64,000 bases of DNA, taken from NCBI GenBank assembly GCA_903872345.1, contig CAIQKM010000005.1, forward strand, positions 4,601-68,600, in the 5' to 3' direction. This DNA comes from an uncultured Verrucomicrobia subdivision 3 bacterium. GTDB lineage: Bacteria; Verrucomicrobiota; Verrucomicrobiia; Limisphaerales; UBA11358. This document shows positions 18,060 through 28,837 of the stretch, piece by piece. The position numbers were made by a program, and so were the translations under genes. How positions within the stretch are numbered: position 1 is the first letter of the stretch; each line of letters begins with the position of its first letter. The notes beneath the pieces were generated by a model. The model worked only from the letters and a program-made list of their open reading frames with translations, was not told where the DNA came from and searched no databases.

Positions 18060-18875
18060 ATGCGGACCGGCAAAAAATCGCCACCGGTCACTCTCGGATT
18101 TGCCAAAACCCTTCACAACCGCTTTACTGGGGCCGTGTTCAAGGAATGGTTTTTCCGCCCGAAACCGCCGGCGCCCGCGCCGGTGCCGCCGCCGGCCGAT
18201 ACCCTGCCCGTCGGCAACCGTCACCTGCCGCTCCGGCTGGTGCGGCATCCCCGCGCGCGGCGCTATCTGCTCCGCCTGCTGCCGGATGCCACCATCCGGC
18301 TTACCGTTCCACGCGGCGGCTCCATCGGCGAAGCCCGGCGCTTTGCCGTCAGCCAGACCGCCTGGCTGGAACAGCAATTGGAAAAACTCGCGCACCGTCC
18401 CCAGCGTCCGTCCGGCTGGTCCGTCGGCACCACGGTCCTCTATCTGGGCAACCTGCACCCCATCGAGGCGGACGAACCCGGCACCGTGCGGCTGAACACC
18501 CAGTTAATCAAGGTGGGCGACGCCACCAACCTGCGCCCGCCCATCGAAAAACACCTGCACCAGCTCGCCGCCCGGGAATTGCCGCCGCGTGTTTGGGAAC
18601 TGGCCCGACAGCATGGCCTCACCGTGCAACGCGTGACCGTGCGCAACCAGAAATCCCGCTGGGGCTCCTGCTCGCGGCGCGGCACCATCTCGCTCAACTG
18701 GCGGCTCATCCAGACCCCGGAACTGGTGCGCGACTACATCATCCTCCATGAACTGATGCACCTCCGGCAGATGAACCATTCCGACCGTTTCTGGCAGGAA
18801 GTCGCCGCCGTGTGCCCGAACTATCAGGCGGCTGAGCAATGGTTGAAAGAACACGCGCGGTTGTTGCGGGCGTAG
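18060..18875 (+). CDS. M48-family / YgjP-like (DUF45) zinc metallopeptidase-fold protein
   Basis: HELMHLRQMNHSDRFW (HExxH plus downstream motif) and an RWGSCS segment typical of YgjP. Start uncertain. Confidence 0.8.
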   Translation: MRTGKKSPPVTLGFAKTLHNRFTGAVFKEWFFRPKPPAPAPVPPPADTLPVGNRHLPLRLVRHPRARRYLLRLLPDATIRLTVPRGGSIGEARRFAVSQTAWLEQQLEKLAHRPQRPSGWSVGTTVLYLGNLHPIEADEPGTVRLNTQLIKVGDATNLRPPIEKHLHQLAARELPPRVWELARQHGLTVQRVTVRNQKSRWGSCSRRGTISLNWRLIQTPELVRDYIILHELMHLRQMNHSDRFWQEVAAVCPNYQAAEQWLKEHARLLRA

Positions 18876-18890
18876 CCGCGCTTTGAAACT

Positions 18891-18966
18891 GTAGCAGCCG
18901 ACGTGAGGAGGCTCTAAATAAATGAAGGCCTTAAAAATATTTGAGCCTCCTCACGTCGGCTGCTAC
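18891..18966. repeat. REP-like hairpin, perfect copy (24-bp arms GTAGCAGCCGACGTGAGGAGGCTC, 28-nt AT-rich loop)
   Basis: Arms at 18891-18914 and 18943-18966 are exact reverse complements. Located between convergent genes. Confidence 0.85.
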
Positions 18967-19006
18967 CTCCAATAAGGCTTAGATTGCCGCATGGGCTGGC
19001 CATTAA

Positions 19007-20443
19007 TCACTGCGCGATCAACCGCCGCAGCAAAAAGTAAACATCCGTGGACTCCATTTCCGGCGCCCGGCTGGCTCCCGGTTGCCCGGTAATAAGCACC
19101 GGCCAATCCTTTTTATCCGCCGGCCGCCGGCCATGCGACCCTTTCACCAACGTCGCGTCCAACGGAATGACATCCATGAGCATCCGGAAGCCCAGTTTCT
19201 TTTGCAACAACCGCCGGGCCACTTTCAATTTTGGAAACGCCAGCGCGGGGTCAATGAACAGTTCCACCGGGTCGTAGCCCGGCTTGCGATGGATGTCCAC
19301 GGTCCGGGCAAAATCCGGCGCCCGCGCATCATCCAGCCAGTAATAGTAAGTGAACCACGCGTTCGCATCCGCCACGGCAACCAGATCGCCCGCGCGCTCG
19401 TGATCAATACCGGCGGCGATTTTTTCCGCCTTGCCCAGCACGGTATCCACGCCAGTAGTCTTGCCCAGTACATTGCGAACCTCATCCTCCAAGGTCACAT
19501 CATTAAGATAAACATGCGCCACCTGATGATCCGCCACGGCGAACACCCGGCTGGCCCCGGCATCCAGAATTTCCCGCCCCAGCTCATCCTTCACCGTCAG
19601 CCAGCCGCGTTCCCGAAAAATCCGGTTCAGGTGGACGGGATTGTTCACATTCGTAATGCCATACTCCGAGAGCAGCACCACCGCAACGCCCCGTCCCGCA
19701 AAGAAATCAATCAACCCGCCCACCAGCGCATCCACTTCGCGCAGGTCGCGATGGATTTTGGGATTCAGCCCGCCGTCCGCAGCGTATGGCCCATGCCGTT
19801 GCAGGTTGTAATCCAGATGCGGCAGGTAAACCAGATTGAGCGTCGGCGCGTATGTCTGTTCAATCCATTTGGCCGACTCCGCAATCCAGCGCGACGCGGC
19901 ATCCGACTTGCCTTGCGGTGAATCCACCCCCGCCGCCGGTCCCCAAAAACCAAAAAACGGAAATTCCCCCAGCGCCTGCTTTACCTCGGTACGGATCGAA
20001 TAGGGCCACGCATAAACATCGAAAAATTTCCGCCCATCCGCCGGGTACATCGGGCGCGGCGTGATGGCATAGTCCACGCTCGAATACATGTTATACCACC
20101 AGAAACAATTCGCCGCCGTGGCGGGCGATCCCCCTCGCGCCGACCCCGGCGACGGAAGGCGGAGTTCATCCCAAATTTTCGGGCCGTGAACAATGTGATT
20201 GGACTGTTTCCAGAACTGCACCTCCGCCAGTTCGCGATGATACCAGCCGTTGCCCACAATCCCGTGCTGGGACGGCGCCCGCCCGGTGAGATAGTTGGAT
20301 TGCGCGGTGCAAGTGACTGCCGGAAACGCGGGGATAATGTGACTGAACATTCCCCGCCGCCGGAATTCTGCGATGCGCGGCGTGTGCTCGCCGATCAGTG
20401 CCTCGGTGAGCCCCACCACATTGATGACGGCCAGCCGGTTCAT
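19007..20443 (-). CDS. Alkaline phosphatase superfamily protein, nucleotide pyrophosphatase/phosphodiesterase type
   Basis: 478 aa. FPAVTCTAQSNYLTGRAPSQHGIVGNGW (Thr nucleophile context) is typical of NPP-type enzymes. The start overlaps the upstream stop by 4 nt. Confidence 0.8.
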   Translation of the reverse strand: MNRLAVINVVGLTEALIGEHTPRIAEFRRRGMFSHIIPAFPAVTCTAQSNYLTGRAPSQHGIVGNGWYHRELAEVQFWKQSNHIVHGPKIWDELRLPSPGSARGGSPATAANCFWWYNMYSSVDYAITPRPMYPADGRKFFDVYAWPYSIRTEVKQALGEFPFFGFWGPAAGVDSPQGKSDAASRWIAESAKWIEQTYAPTLNLVYLPHLDYNLQRHGPYAADGGLNPKIHRDLREVDALVGGLIDFFAGRGVAVVLLSEYGITNVNNPVHLNRIFRERGWLTVKDELGREILDAGASRVFAVADHQVAHVYLNDVTLEDEVRNVLGKTTGVDTVLGKAEKIAAGIDHERAGDLVAVADANAWFTYYYWLDDARAPDFARTVDIHRKPGYDPVELFIDPALAFPKLKVARRLLQKKLGFRMLMDVIPLDATLVKGSHGRRPADKKDWPVLITGQPGASRAPEMESTDVYFLLRRLIAQ

Positions 20444-21585
20444 TTGCCAGCACGTTTCTGAAGTTCCCGGATGGCGGCGGCTACCCGCAGCGGATCCATT
20501 TCATTTACTTCCACTCCCTGGCCGATGGCCGATAGCAGCGTAATGGTCAGCGTACCGCCCAGATGTTCGCGAAACTCCTCCAAACCGTTCAGCAACGTAA
20601 AGTGGCCCGCGTTGTCCGTATGCAACAATTCATCGGCGTACAGTCGGAAGCCCAGCCGCTCCAACAGGTCCAGAATGCGCAGGGCAGCGGGCGCGGCCAG
20701 CCGGCCGGTTTCGCAGGCGTACACCACATCCAACGCCATGCCAATGGCCACGGCCTCGCCATGCGAAATGGTGTAATTGGAAACCTGTTCCAGCTTGTGC
20801 GCGGCCCAGTGTCCGAAATCCAGCGGTCGCGCGGAGCCGATTTCAAACGGGTCACCGCTGGTGGCAATATGGTCCAGATGCAACTCTGCGCTGCGCTGGA
20901 TGAGGCGTTTCATGGCCGCCGGTTCAAAAGCCGCCAACCGGGCGGCGGACTGTTCCAACTCCGCAAAAAATGCCGCATCCCGGATGCACGCCACCTTCAC
21001 CGCCTCCACGTAGCCGCTGCGCTTGTGCCGGGCATCCAAGGTGCTCAGCAAATCAAAATCATTGATCACCGCAAACGGCGGAGTAAAGGTGCCGATGAAA
21101 TTCTTCCGGCCAAAGGCGTTGATGCCGTTTTTCACGCCCACGCCCGAGTCCGCCTGACTCAGCGTGGTCGTGGGAATGCGGATATGCCGCACGCCGCGAT
21201 GCGCCGTGGCCGCCGCAAACCCGGCCACATCCAGCAACGCCCCGCCGCCAATGGCAATGAGATACGAATGCCGGTCAATGCGGTACCGGAACAGGTGGGT
21301 GAGAATTTCCTCCGATAAATGGGTGGAATTCTTGGCGCTTTCCCCGCCACAGGTGAAGAGGGGCGGTCGCACCAAGGTCACCGGACTGCCGGCGGCAAAG
21401 TACTTTTCAATGCGGCCCTGCAGATCCGGACGCGCCAGCGCCAGGGTGTCCTCCAGCACCACGAGCGCCTTGCGGGAACCGGGGCCGGTCAGCACCTCGC
21501 GCAGCGTCGGGTTTTCCGGGGCAAACACGTCTTCCGTGAAGAAAACCCGCAGTTGCCACTCAACCTGGATGGACCGCTCAAGCAT
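20440..21585 (-). CDS. 3-dehydroquinate synthase family protein (sugar phosphate cyclase-like)
   Basis: IAIGGGALLDVAGFAAATAHRGVRHIRIPTTTLSQADSGVGVKNGIN matches the DHQS-fold nucleotide/metal region but deviates from the canonical AroB VDSSVGGKT. The start is set at MLERSIQ (21585) because the track's longer ORF would overlap hppA. Confidence 0.8.
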   Translation of the reverse strand: MLERSIQVEWQLRVFFTEDVFAPENPTLREVLTGPGSRKALVVLEDTLALARPDLQGRIEKYFAAGSPVTLVRPPLFTCGGESAKNSTHLSEEILTHLFRYRIDRHSYLIAIGGGALLDVAGFAAATAHRGVRHIRIPTTTLSQADSGVGVKNGINAFGRKNFIGTFTPPFAVINDFDLLSTLDARHKRSGYVEAVKVACIRDAAFFAELEQSAARLAAFEPAAMKRLIQRSAELHLDHIATSGDPFEIGSARPLDFGHWAAHKLEQVSNYTISHGEAVAIGMALDVVYACETGRLAAPAALRILDLLERLGFRLYADELLHTDNAGHFTLLNGLEEFREHLGGTLTITLLSAIGQGVEVNEMDPLRVAAAIRELQKRAGK

Positions 21586-21632
21586 GGACACGGCGCCAAT
21601 CTGCGCCAGCGGCCGGATTTTTTCGAGCCAAA

Positions 21633-24110
21633 TTATGCCGAAGTCGTTGGTTTTGTGTCTTCCACGGGAATCCGCATGCAGTAAAAGGACCGGTAGGCAA
21701 ACACCAGCGCCACCAGGAAACACACCGCCCCGATGATGTAGGACAGGCAGGAATCCGGGTTTTTCTGCTTCAACTCCACCGCAATCTCCACCGCCAGCAG
21801 GCCAAACAGCGTGGTGAACTTGATGATCGGGTTCATCGCCACCGAGGAGGTGTCCTTGAACGGATCACCCACCGTGTCGCCCACTACCGTGGCCGCATGG
21901 AGCGGCGTGCCTTTTTGCTTCAGGTCCACTTCCACGATTTTCTTGGCGTTATCCCACGCGCCGCCCGCATTGGCCATGAAGATGGCCTGAAACAGCCCGA
22001 AAAACGCGATGGCAATCAGGTAGCCGATGAAGAAATACGGATTGATGAACGGCAGCCCCAGCGCGAAGGCGAACACCACGATGAAGATGTTGATCATGCC
22101 CTTCTGCGCGTAGATGGTGCAGATTTCCACCACGCGCTTGCTGTCCTCGATGGACGCGGACTCCCGGTCCAGCCGGATGTTTTTCTTAATGAACACCACC
22201 GCGCTGTACGCGCCCGCCACCACCGCCTGCGTGCTCGCGCCGGTGAACCAGTAAATCACCGAGCCGCCCATGAGCAGGCCGAAAACAATCTGCGGCAACA
22301 CCAGACTGAGCCGGCCCACCGCATTGCCAAAGACATGATCCAACAGCATGATGATGCCGAAAATCATCGTGGTGGACCCCACCACCGCCGTCCCGATCAG
22401 TACTGGCTTGGCCGTGGCCTTAAACGTATTACCCGCGCCGTCGCCTTTCTCCAATTCCAGCTTGGCATTGGCAAAATCGGCCTTGAAACCAAAGTCCCGC
22501 TGAATTTCCGCCGCAATGCCGGGAATGGCTTCGATGCGACTCAATTCATAAACGGACTGCGCGTTGTCGGTCACCGGTCCAAAACTGTCCACCGCAATCG
22601 TCACCGGGGCCATCGCCAGAAAGCCAAACGCCACCAGCCCGAAGGCGAAGATCGGCGCCGCAAACGTGAACTGCCCGGGAATAAGGGCGATGAAGTCCGC
22701 ATTTTCCGAAAATAGAAATGAAATGAACATCAGCCCCAGAATGACCAGCCCCATCCAGAACGCGGAAAAATTGCCCGCCACAAACCCCGACAGCACGTTC
22801 AGCGAAGCGCCGCCCTGGCCCGACGCCGTCACCACTTCCTGCACATGCCGCGAATGCGTGCTCACAAAAATCTTGGTGAATTCCATGATCAGCGCCCCCG
22901 CCAGCGTGCCACAGCCGATGATCGCCGAAAGCACCCACCAGAGATGCGGCAGCGGGACGTCCACCATGGTGCCCTTGACCATTTGCGGCACTGTAAAATC
23001 TCCCAGCAACAGTTTGCTCGCGCCAAAACAGACGAGGATGGAGGCGATGGAGGTAATCCAAACCAGATCCGTCAGCGGCCGTTCCCAGTTAAAATCCTTC
23101 TTGTTGCCGTAACGCAACTTCGCGAAGAACAGGTTGAAGTAAAATGCCCCCAGCGAGGTCAGCACCATCAGCGATTGGATGGCAAACATCCAGATGATCA
23201 GCTTGGCGCAGAGCAGGGGCGAGAGTGCCAGCGCCAGCGCCAGAAAGGCGATCAGCGCCACGCCGGTGACGCCGTACGTTTCAAAGCCATCCGCCGTGGG
23301 TCCCACCGAGTCACCCGCGTTATCGCCCGTGCAATCGGCGATCACGCCGGGATTCTTCGGATCATCTTCCGGCAGATTGAAGACGATTTTCATCAGGTCG
23401 CTGCCGATGTCCGCGATTTTAGTGAATATGCCGCCGCCAATGCGCAACGCGCTGGCCCCGAGCGATTCGCCGATCGCAAAGCCGATGAAACACGGCCCCG
23501 CCAGTTCCGTGGGAATGAAGACCAAAATACCGATCATGCACGCCAGCTCCACGCAGATCAGCAGCAGCCCGATGCTCATGCCCGATTGCAGCGGAATCAG
23601 CAGGGTTTTGAGCGGATTGCCCTGTAACGCGGCAAAGGACGTGCGCGAGTTGGCCGTGGTGTTGATGCGAATGCCAAACCACGCCACGCCATAACTCCCC
23701 AAAATTCCAAAGATGGAGCACAGCAGAATCACCAGCACCTGGCCCACCGGCTTGCCCTGCAACCCGATGAAATAATAAATCATGCACAGCGCAATGAGCA
23801 CCCACAGCGCCGCGAGAAATTTGCCCTGCTGGAACAGGTAGGTTTTGCACGTCTCCCAAATGATGTTGGAAACCGCCTGCATGGAGTGGTGCACGGGCAG
23901 CGCCTTGGTGCGGACATATTCCCAGATGCCAAAGGCCGCGCCCACGATGCAGACGAACAGGCCGAGATATAATATCTCATGGCCGGTGACGGCCCCGTGC
24001 AAAAAACTGATCTGATCGAGGGAAGGAAGTTGAATGTCGGCATCCCCGGCCAAAGCATTGCCCGCCGCCGACAGAAGCATGGCAATGATTAGATAATTGC
24101 GTTTTGTCAT
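21633..24110 (-). CDS. hppA: Membrane-bound pyrophosphate-energised cation pump (H+-PPase), probably K+-independent type
   Basis: 825 aa, polytopic. DDPKNPGVIADCTGDNAGD, GGAWDNAKK and VGDTVGDPFKDTS motifs. GNTFKATAK has Lys at the A/K position that distinguishes K+-independent enzymes. Confidence 0.92.
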   Translation of the reverse strand: MTKRNYLIIAMLLSAAGNALAGDADIQLPSLDQISFLHGAVTGHEILYLGLFVCIVGAAFGIWEYVRTKALPVHHSMQAVSNIIWETCKTYLFQQGKFLAALWVLIALCMIYYFIGLQGKPVGQVLVILLCSIFGILGSYGVAWFGIRINTTANSRTSFAALQGNPLKTLLIPLQSGMSIGLLLICVELACMIGILVFIPTELAGPCFIGFAIGESLGASALRIGGGIFTKIADIGSDLMKIVFNLPEDDPKNPGVIADCTGDNAGDSVGPTADGFETYGVTGVALIAFLALALALSPLLCAKLIIWMFAIQSLMVLTSLGAFYFNLFFAKLRYGNKKDFNWERPLTDLVWITSIASILVCFGASKLLLGDFTVPQMVKGTMVDVPLPHLWWVLSAIIGCGTLAGALIMEFTKIFVSTHSRHVQEVVTASGQGGASLNVLSGFVAGNFSAFWMGLVILGLMFISFLFSENADFIALIPGQFTFAAPIFAFGLVAFGFLAMAPVTIAVDSFGPVTDNAQSVYELSRIEAIPGIAAEIQRDFGFKADFANAKLELEKGDGAGNTFKATAKPVLIGTAVVGSTTMIFGIIMLLDHVFGNAVGRLSLVLPQIVFGLLMGGSVIYWFTGASTQAVVAGAYSAVVFIKKNIRLDRESASIEDSKRVVEICTIYAQKGMINIFIVVFAFALGLPFINPYFFIGYLIAIAFFGLFQAIFMANAGGAWDNAKKIVEVDLKQKGTPLHAATVVGDTVGDPFKDTSSVAMNPIIKFTTLFGLLAVEIAVELKQKNPDSCLSYIIGAVCFLVALVFAYRSFYCMRIPVEDTKPTTSA

Positions 24111-24252
24111 AAGGGCTGATTGACGAAAACCCTACCGCAGCCCCCGGTGATTGGCCAGAGGTTTTTCGGGGGAGGCGTTGGAATTCCCCGGCCCGCATGA
24201 AAATCAAATTGTCAGCTTGCCGCTGCGCGCCGGTTTCCGCAAGCTGGTCGCG

Positions 24253-25266
<1,014 letters not shown>

Positions 25267-25283
25267 GTTGCCCGCTCGCCGGT

Positions 25284-25334
25284 GGGGCGGAGCTGCCGCT
25301 CCGCCCCGACGCCCAGCGCAGCGTGTGGGCGTCG
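25284..25334 (+). terminator. Two consecutive GC-rich hairpins just downstream of ruvB; possible terminator or part of a repeat mosaic
   Basis: ggggcggagc-tgcc-gctccgcccc (10-bp stem) is followed by cgacgccca-N10-tgggcgtcg (9-bp stem), 18 nt after the ruvB stop. There is no U-tract. Confidence 0.3.
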
Positions 25335-25695
25335 GTTCCCCGAAAAGGGTGTCGCGTAAGTGGCGCCGCTATCCCCGGCCCAAGCCCGTAGGGCTGACAT
25401 CTTTGTAGCGTTAATTACCAAACCTATCCAGCCCCGTCAGGGGCGACATCTGTTGCTCCATCCCGCATTATGCCGCTCCTGCGGAGCTTGCATGGTTGTG
25501 GGCCATTCTACAAATATGTCACGCCTACGGCGCTAGGGCGGGCGAGGCGAATACAGGTTTGAATATAGGTCCCTTCAACTTTAAAACAGTTCAACCACGG
25601 ATTAACGATAAACGCAGATGTTTAAAAGTTTGCGCCGCAGGAGCAGGTCGCTGCAATAGTGGCAGCCAATTTTTCCGAATCGTTGCTTGGGGATT

Positions 25696-25729
25696 CCTTA
25701 TCTGCGTCCATCTGCGTTGATCGGCGGTT
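25696..25729. repeat. 'CATCTGCG' repeat family copy, immediately downstream of the RND permease stop
   Basis: ccttatctgcgtccatctgcgttgatcggcggtt. Related copies at 32892-32928 (same orientation) and 45716-45748 (inverted). Confidence 0.65.
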
Positions 25730-28700
25730 TCAGATTGCCCCCTCTTTGGCCGGGCCGTTCTTTGGCTCGAACGCCCCGTACAAAATCGGCAGCAAAAAAA
25801 GCGTCGCCAGCGTGGCGGTCACCAACCCGCCGATGATCACCACGGCAAATGGCCGGGACGTCTCCGCGCCCACTTCGTGCGAGAGGGCCATCGGCAGCAG
25901 GCCCAGCGCCGCCATCAACGCCGTCATCACCACCGGGCGCACGCGCGACAGCGCGCCTTCGCGCACCGCCACCGACATTTCGTGCCCTTCATGCCGCAGT
26001 TCCCGCACCCGTTCCACCAGGATGACCCCGTTCAACATCGCAATGCCAAACAACGCCATGAAACCCACCAGCGCGGACACCGAGAGCGACAGCCCCGCCA
26101 GCGGCAGCGCAAAGATGCCGCCCACCGCCGCCAGCGGCACGTTAAGCAAAATGAGAAATGCCAGCGAACTCGAATCAAACGCCAGGAACAGCAAAAAGAA
26201 AATCGCCGTGAGCGTGATCGGTACGATCACTTCCAGTCGCCGTACCGCGCGCTGCTGATTCTCAAACGCTCCCGTCCATTCCAGCCGGTAGCCCGCCGGC
26301 AGCCGCACCTGGGCCGCCACTTTTTTCTGCGCCTCCGCCACCAGCGACCCCAGATCGCGGCCGCGCACGGAGAACTTCACCGCCGTGCGCCGTGCGTTTT
26401 CCTCGCGCCAAATCTGTGCAAACCCCGCCCGCACATCCACCGACGCCAGCGCTCCCAGCGTCAGCCGTTCGCCGTTGGAGCCAAACACCGGAATTTGCCG
26501 GATGGCATCCAGATCCGCCACCGCCTTGGGCGCGATTTTCACGACCAGGTCAAACGTCCGCTCGCCCTCCAGCACCTGCGTGGCGGTTGCCCCGCCCAGC
26601 GCCGTGGAAATAACCTGCTGCACATCCGCCACGGCGAGGCCGTAGCGCGCAATCGCATCGCGGTCCACCGTGATCTGCACCTGCGGCTGCCCCAACAATT
26701 CCTCCGCGCTCACGTCCACCGCGCCGTTAATGCCCTTGAGTATATTGACGATTTGCGCGGAGGTGGCCTGCAATTTCTCCGGGTTTTCGCCGTAAATCTT
26801 GATGCTCAATTCGCTCTTCACGCCGGACACCGCCTCGTTCACGTTGTCCTCGATGTTCTGACTGAACTGGAAATCCACGCCCGGAATTTGCTCCAGTTTT
26901 TGCTTAACCGCTTTTACCAAGTCCTCCCGGTTATGCGCGGTCTTCCATTCTTCGCGGCGGGGATTTAACTCCACGTCGCACTCCACCACGTCAAAGCCGT
27001 TGATGTCCGTGCCGTCATCCGGGCGGCCGAGCTGGGATACCACCGAGCGCACTTCGGGAAAGGCCACGATGGTGGAGCGGATTTTATGCGTGAGCTGCGC
27101 CGCCCCGCTGGGGGAAATGGTCTGCGGCATGAAGGCGCGCACCCACAGCGAACCTTCATCCAGTTTCGGCAAAAACTCCGACCCGATATGGCTCAGTACC
27201 AGACCCGCCAGGGCCAGGGCCAGAATGGCCGTGCCGAAAAATGCCGCACGGAATTTCAAGGCCGCGTCAAAGAGCATCGCATACGGCCGGTGCATCTTCC
27301 GCACCACCCACGATTCGCCGCCGGCAATTTTTTTCTGGAAGGCAAAACTCGCCAGCACCGGCACCACCGTCAGCGCCAGAATGGTGCCCACCACCAGCGC
27401 GAACGTCAGCGTCAGCGCCATGGGCTTGAATATCTTCCCTTCCACCCGTTGCAGTGTGTACAACGGAATGAACGCCGTCAGCAGAATGGCCTTGGAAAAC
27501 AAAATCGGCCGGCCCATCTGTTTCACCGCCTCCACGATTGTCTGCGGCAGCGATTTCATCCGGTCGCGCTTTTCTTCCAGCAGCCGCAGGATGTTTTCAA
27601 TCACCACCACGGCCGAGTCCACGATGATGCCAAAATCAATCGCCCCCATCGAAATCAGGTTCGCCGGAATCCCCCGCAGATCGAGCAGGAAAAACGCCCC
27701 CAGCAGCGCCAGCGGCACCACCGCCGCCACCACCAGCGCGGACCGGTAATTGCCCAGGCCCAAGAACAGGATCAACACCAGCAGCACCAGGCTGATGCCT
27801 TCAATAAGATTGTGCCGCACCGTGTGCAGTGTGCGCTGGATCAAATCCGTGCGGTCATAATACGTCACCAGTTTCACGCCCGCCGGGAGGTAATGCTCAT
27901 TGATGTCCGCCGCCTTGGCGCGCACACTTTTCAATACTTCCAGCGCGTTTTCGCCGCGCCGCAAAATCACGATTCCTTCCACGGCATCCGCTTCATCCGG
28001 CTGGCCGGGCGCCACCTTGCCCACGCGGCCCAGCCGAAGCTGTTCGCCAAACTGCACCGCTCCCAGATCGCGAATGCGAATGGGTGTGCCGCCGCGCGTG
28101 TCCACCGCGATATTTCGGATGTCGTCCAGGTTTTGGACAAAACCAATGCCGCGCACAATGTACAACTCCGAGCCGTGCTCAATATACGAACCGCCCGCGT
28201 TCTGATTCCCATTGGCCAGCGCCGTGAACACCTGGTTCAGCGTCAGGCCATATGAACGTAATTTAATGGGGTCAATCAACACCTGATACTGCTTGGTGGG
28301 ACCGCCAAAGCCGTTCACATCCACCACGCCCGGCACGGTGCGGAACTGCCGTTCCACCACCCAGTCTTCAATGGACTTCAGTTCCGTCTTGGGAAAACTC
28401 TGCGGCGCCTCCAGCGTGTAGCGGAAAATTTCGCCCACCGGCGTCGCATCCGGCGAAAGACTGGCCTGTGCGCCCGCCGGCAAGGTCACCTGCGACAGCA
28501 ATTCCGCCGCCTGGCTCCGCACAAAATGATTGTCCGCCGCATCGTCAAACACCAGCGTCACCTGCGAGAGGCCGAATTGCGACACCGACCGGATGGACGT
28601 CCGGCTCGGAATGCCGTTCATGACGTTCTCAATCGGAATCGTCACCAGCCGCTCCACTTCTTCCGCCGCGTGACCGGGGAACAGCGTGATGATTTGGAAC

Positions 28701-28837
28701 GAGACATTCGTCACGTCCGGGTAGGCCTCAACCGGCAGTTCGCGAAACGCGTTCACACCCGCCAGGGTGAACAACCCCAGCAAGGCCAGCACAATCGCCC
28801 GGTGCCGGAGCGCGTATTTGGTGGCGGCGGCAATCAT
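25730..28837 (-). CDS. RND efflux permease, CzcA/CusA (heavy-metal efflux) family
   Basis: 1035 aa. N-terminus ...LPVEAYPDVTNVSFQIITLFPG... is typical of HME-RND pumps. 12-TM architecture. 4-nt overlap with the upstream adaptor gene. Confidence 0.92.
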   Translation of the reverse strand: MIAAATKYALRHRAIVLALLGLFTLAGVNAFRELPVEAYPDVTNVSFQIITLFPGHAAEEVERLVTIPIENVMNGIPSRTSIRSVSQFGLSQVTLVFDDAADNHFVRSQAAELLSQVTLPAGAQASLSPDATPVGEIFRYTLEAPQSFPKTELKSIEDWVVERQFRTVPGVVDVNGFGGPTKQYQVLIDPIKLRSYGLTLNQVFTALANGNQNAGGSYIEHGSELYIVRGIGFVQNLDDIRNIAVDTRGGTPIRIRDLGAVQFGEQLRLGRVGKVAPGQPDEADAVEGIVILRRGENALEVLKSVRAKAADINEHYLPAGVKLVTYYDRTDLIQRTLHTVRHNLIEGISLVLLVLILFLGLGNYRSALVVAAVVPLALLGAFFLLDLRGIPANLISMGAIDFGIIVDSAVVVIENILRLLEEKRDRMKSLPQTIVEAVKQMGRPILFSKAILLTAFIPLYTLQRVEGKIFKPMALTLTFALVVGTILALTVVPVLASFAFQKKIAGGESWVVRKMHRPYAMLFDAALKFRAAFFGTAILALALAGLVLSHIGSEFLPKLDEGSLWVRAFMPQTISPSGAAQLTHKIRSTIVAFPEVRSVVSQLGRPDDGTDINGFDVVECDVELNPRREEWKTAHNREDLVKAVKQKLEQIPGVDFQFSQNIEDNVNEAVSGVKSELSIKIYGENPEKLQATSAQIVNILKGINGAVDVSAEELLGQPQVQITVDRDAIARYGLAVADVQQVISTALGGATATQVLEGERTFDLVVKIAPKAVADLDAIRQIPVFGSNGERLTLGALASVDVRAGFAQIWREENARRTAVKFSVRGRDLGSLVAEAQKKVAAQVRLPAGYRLEWTGAFENQQRAVRRLEVIVPITLTAIFFLLFLAFDSSSLAFLILLNVPLAAVGGIFALPLAGLSLSVSALVGFMALFGIAMLNGVILVERVRELRHEGHEMSVAVREGALSRVRPVVMTALMAALGLLPMALSHEVGAETSRPFAVVIIGGLVTATLATLFLLPILYGAFEPKNGPAKEGAI

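Noticed and set aside
20440-21585. Calling this gene housekeeping aroB
   Set aside because: The fold is clearly DHQS-like. However, the active-site motif deviates from AroB, no shikimate genes are adjacent, and the gene overlaps a phosphodiesterase gene. I therefore withheld the gene symbol pending phylogeny.
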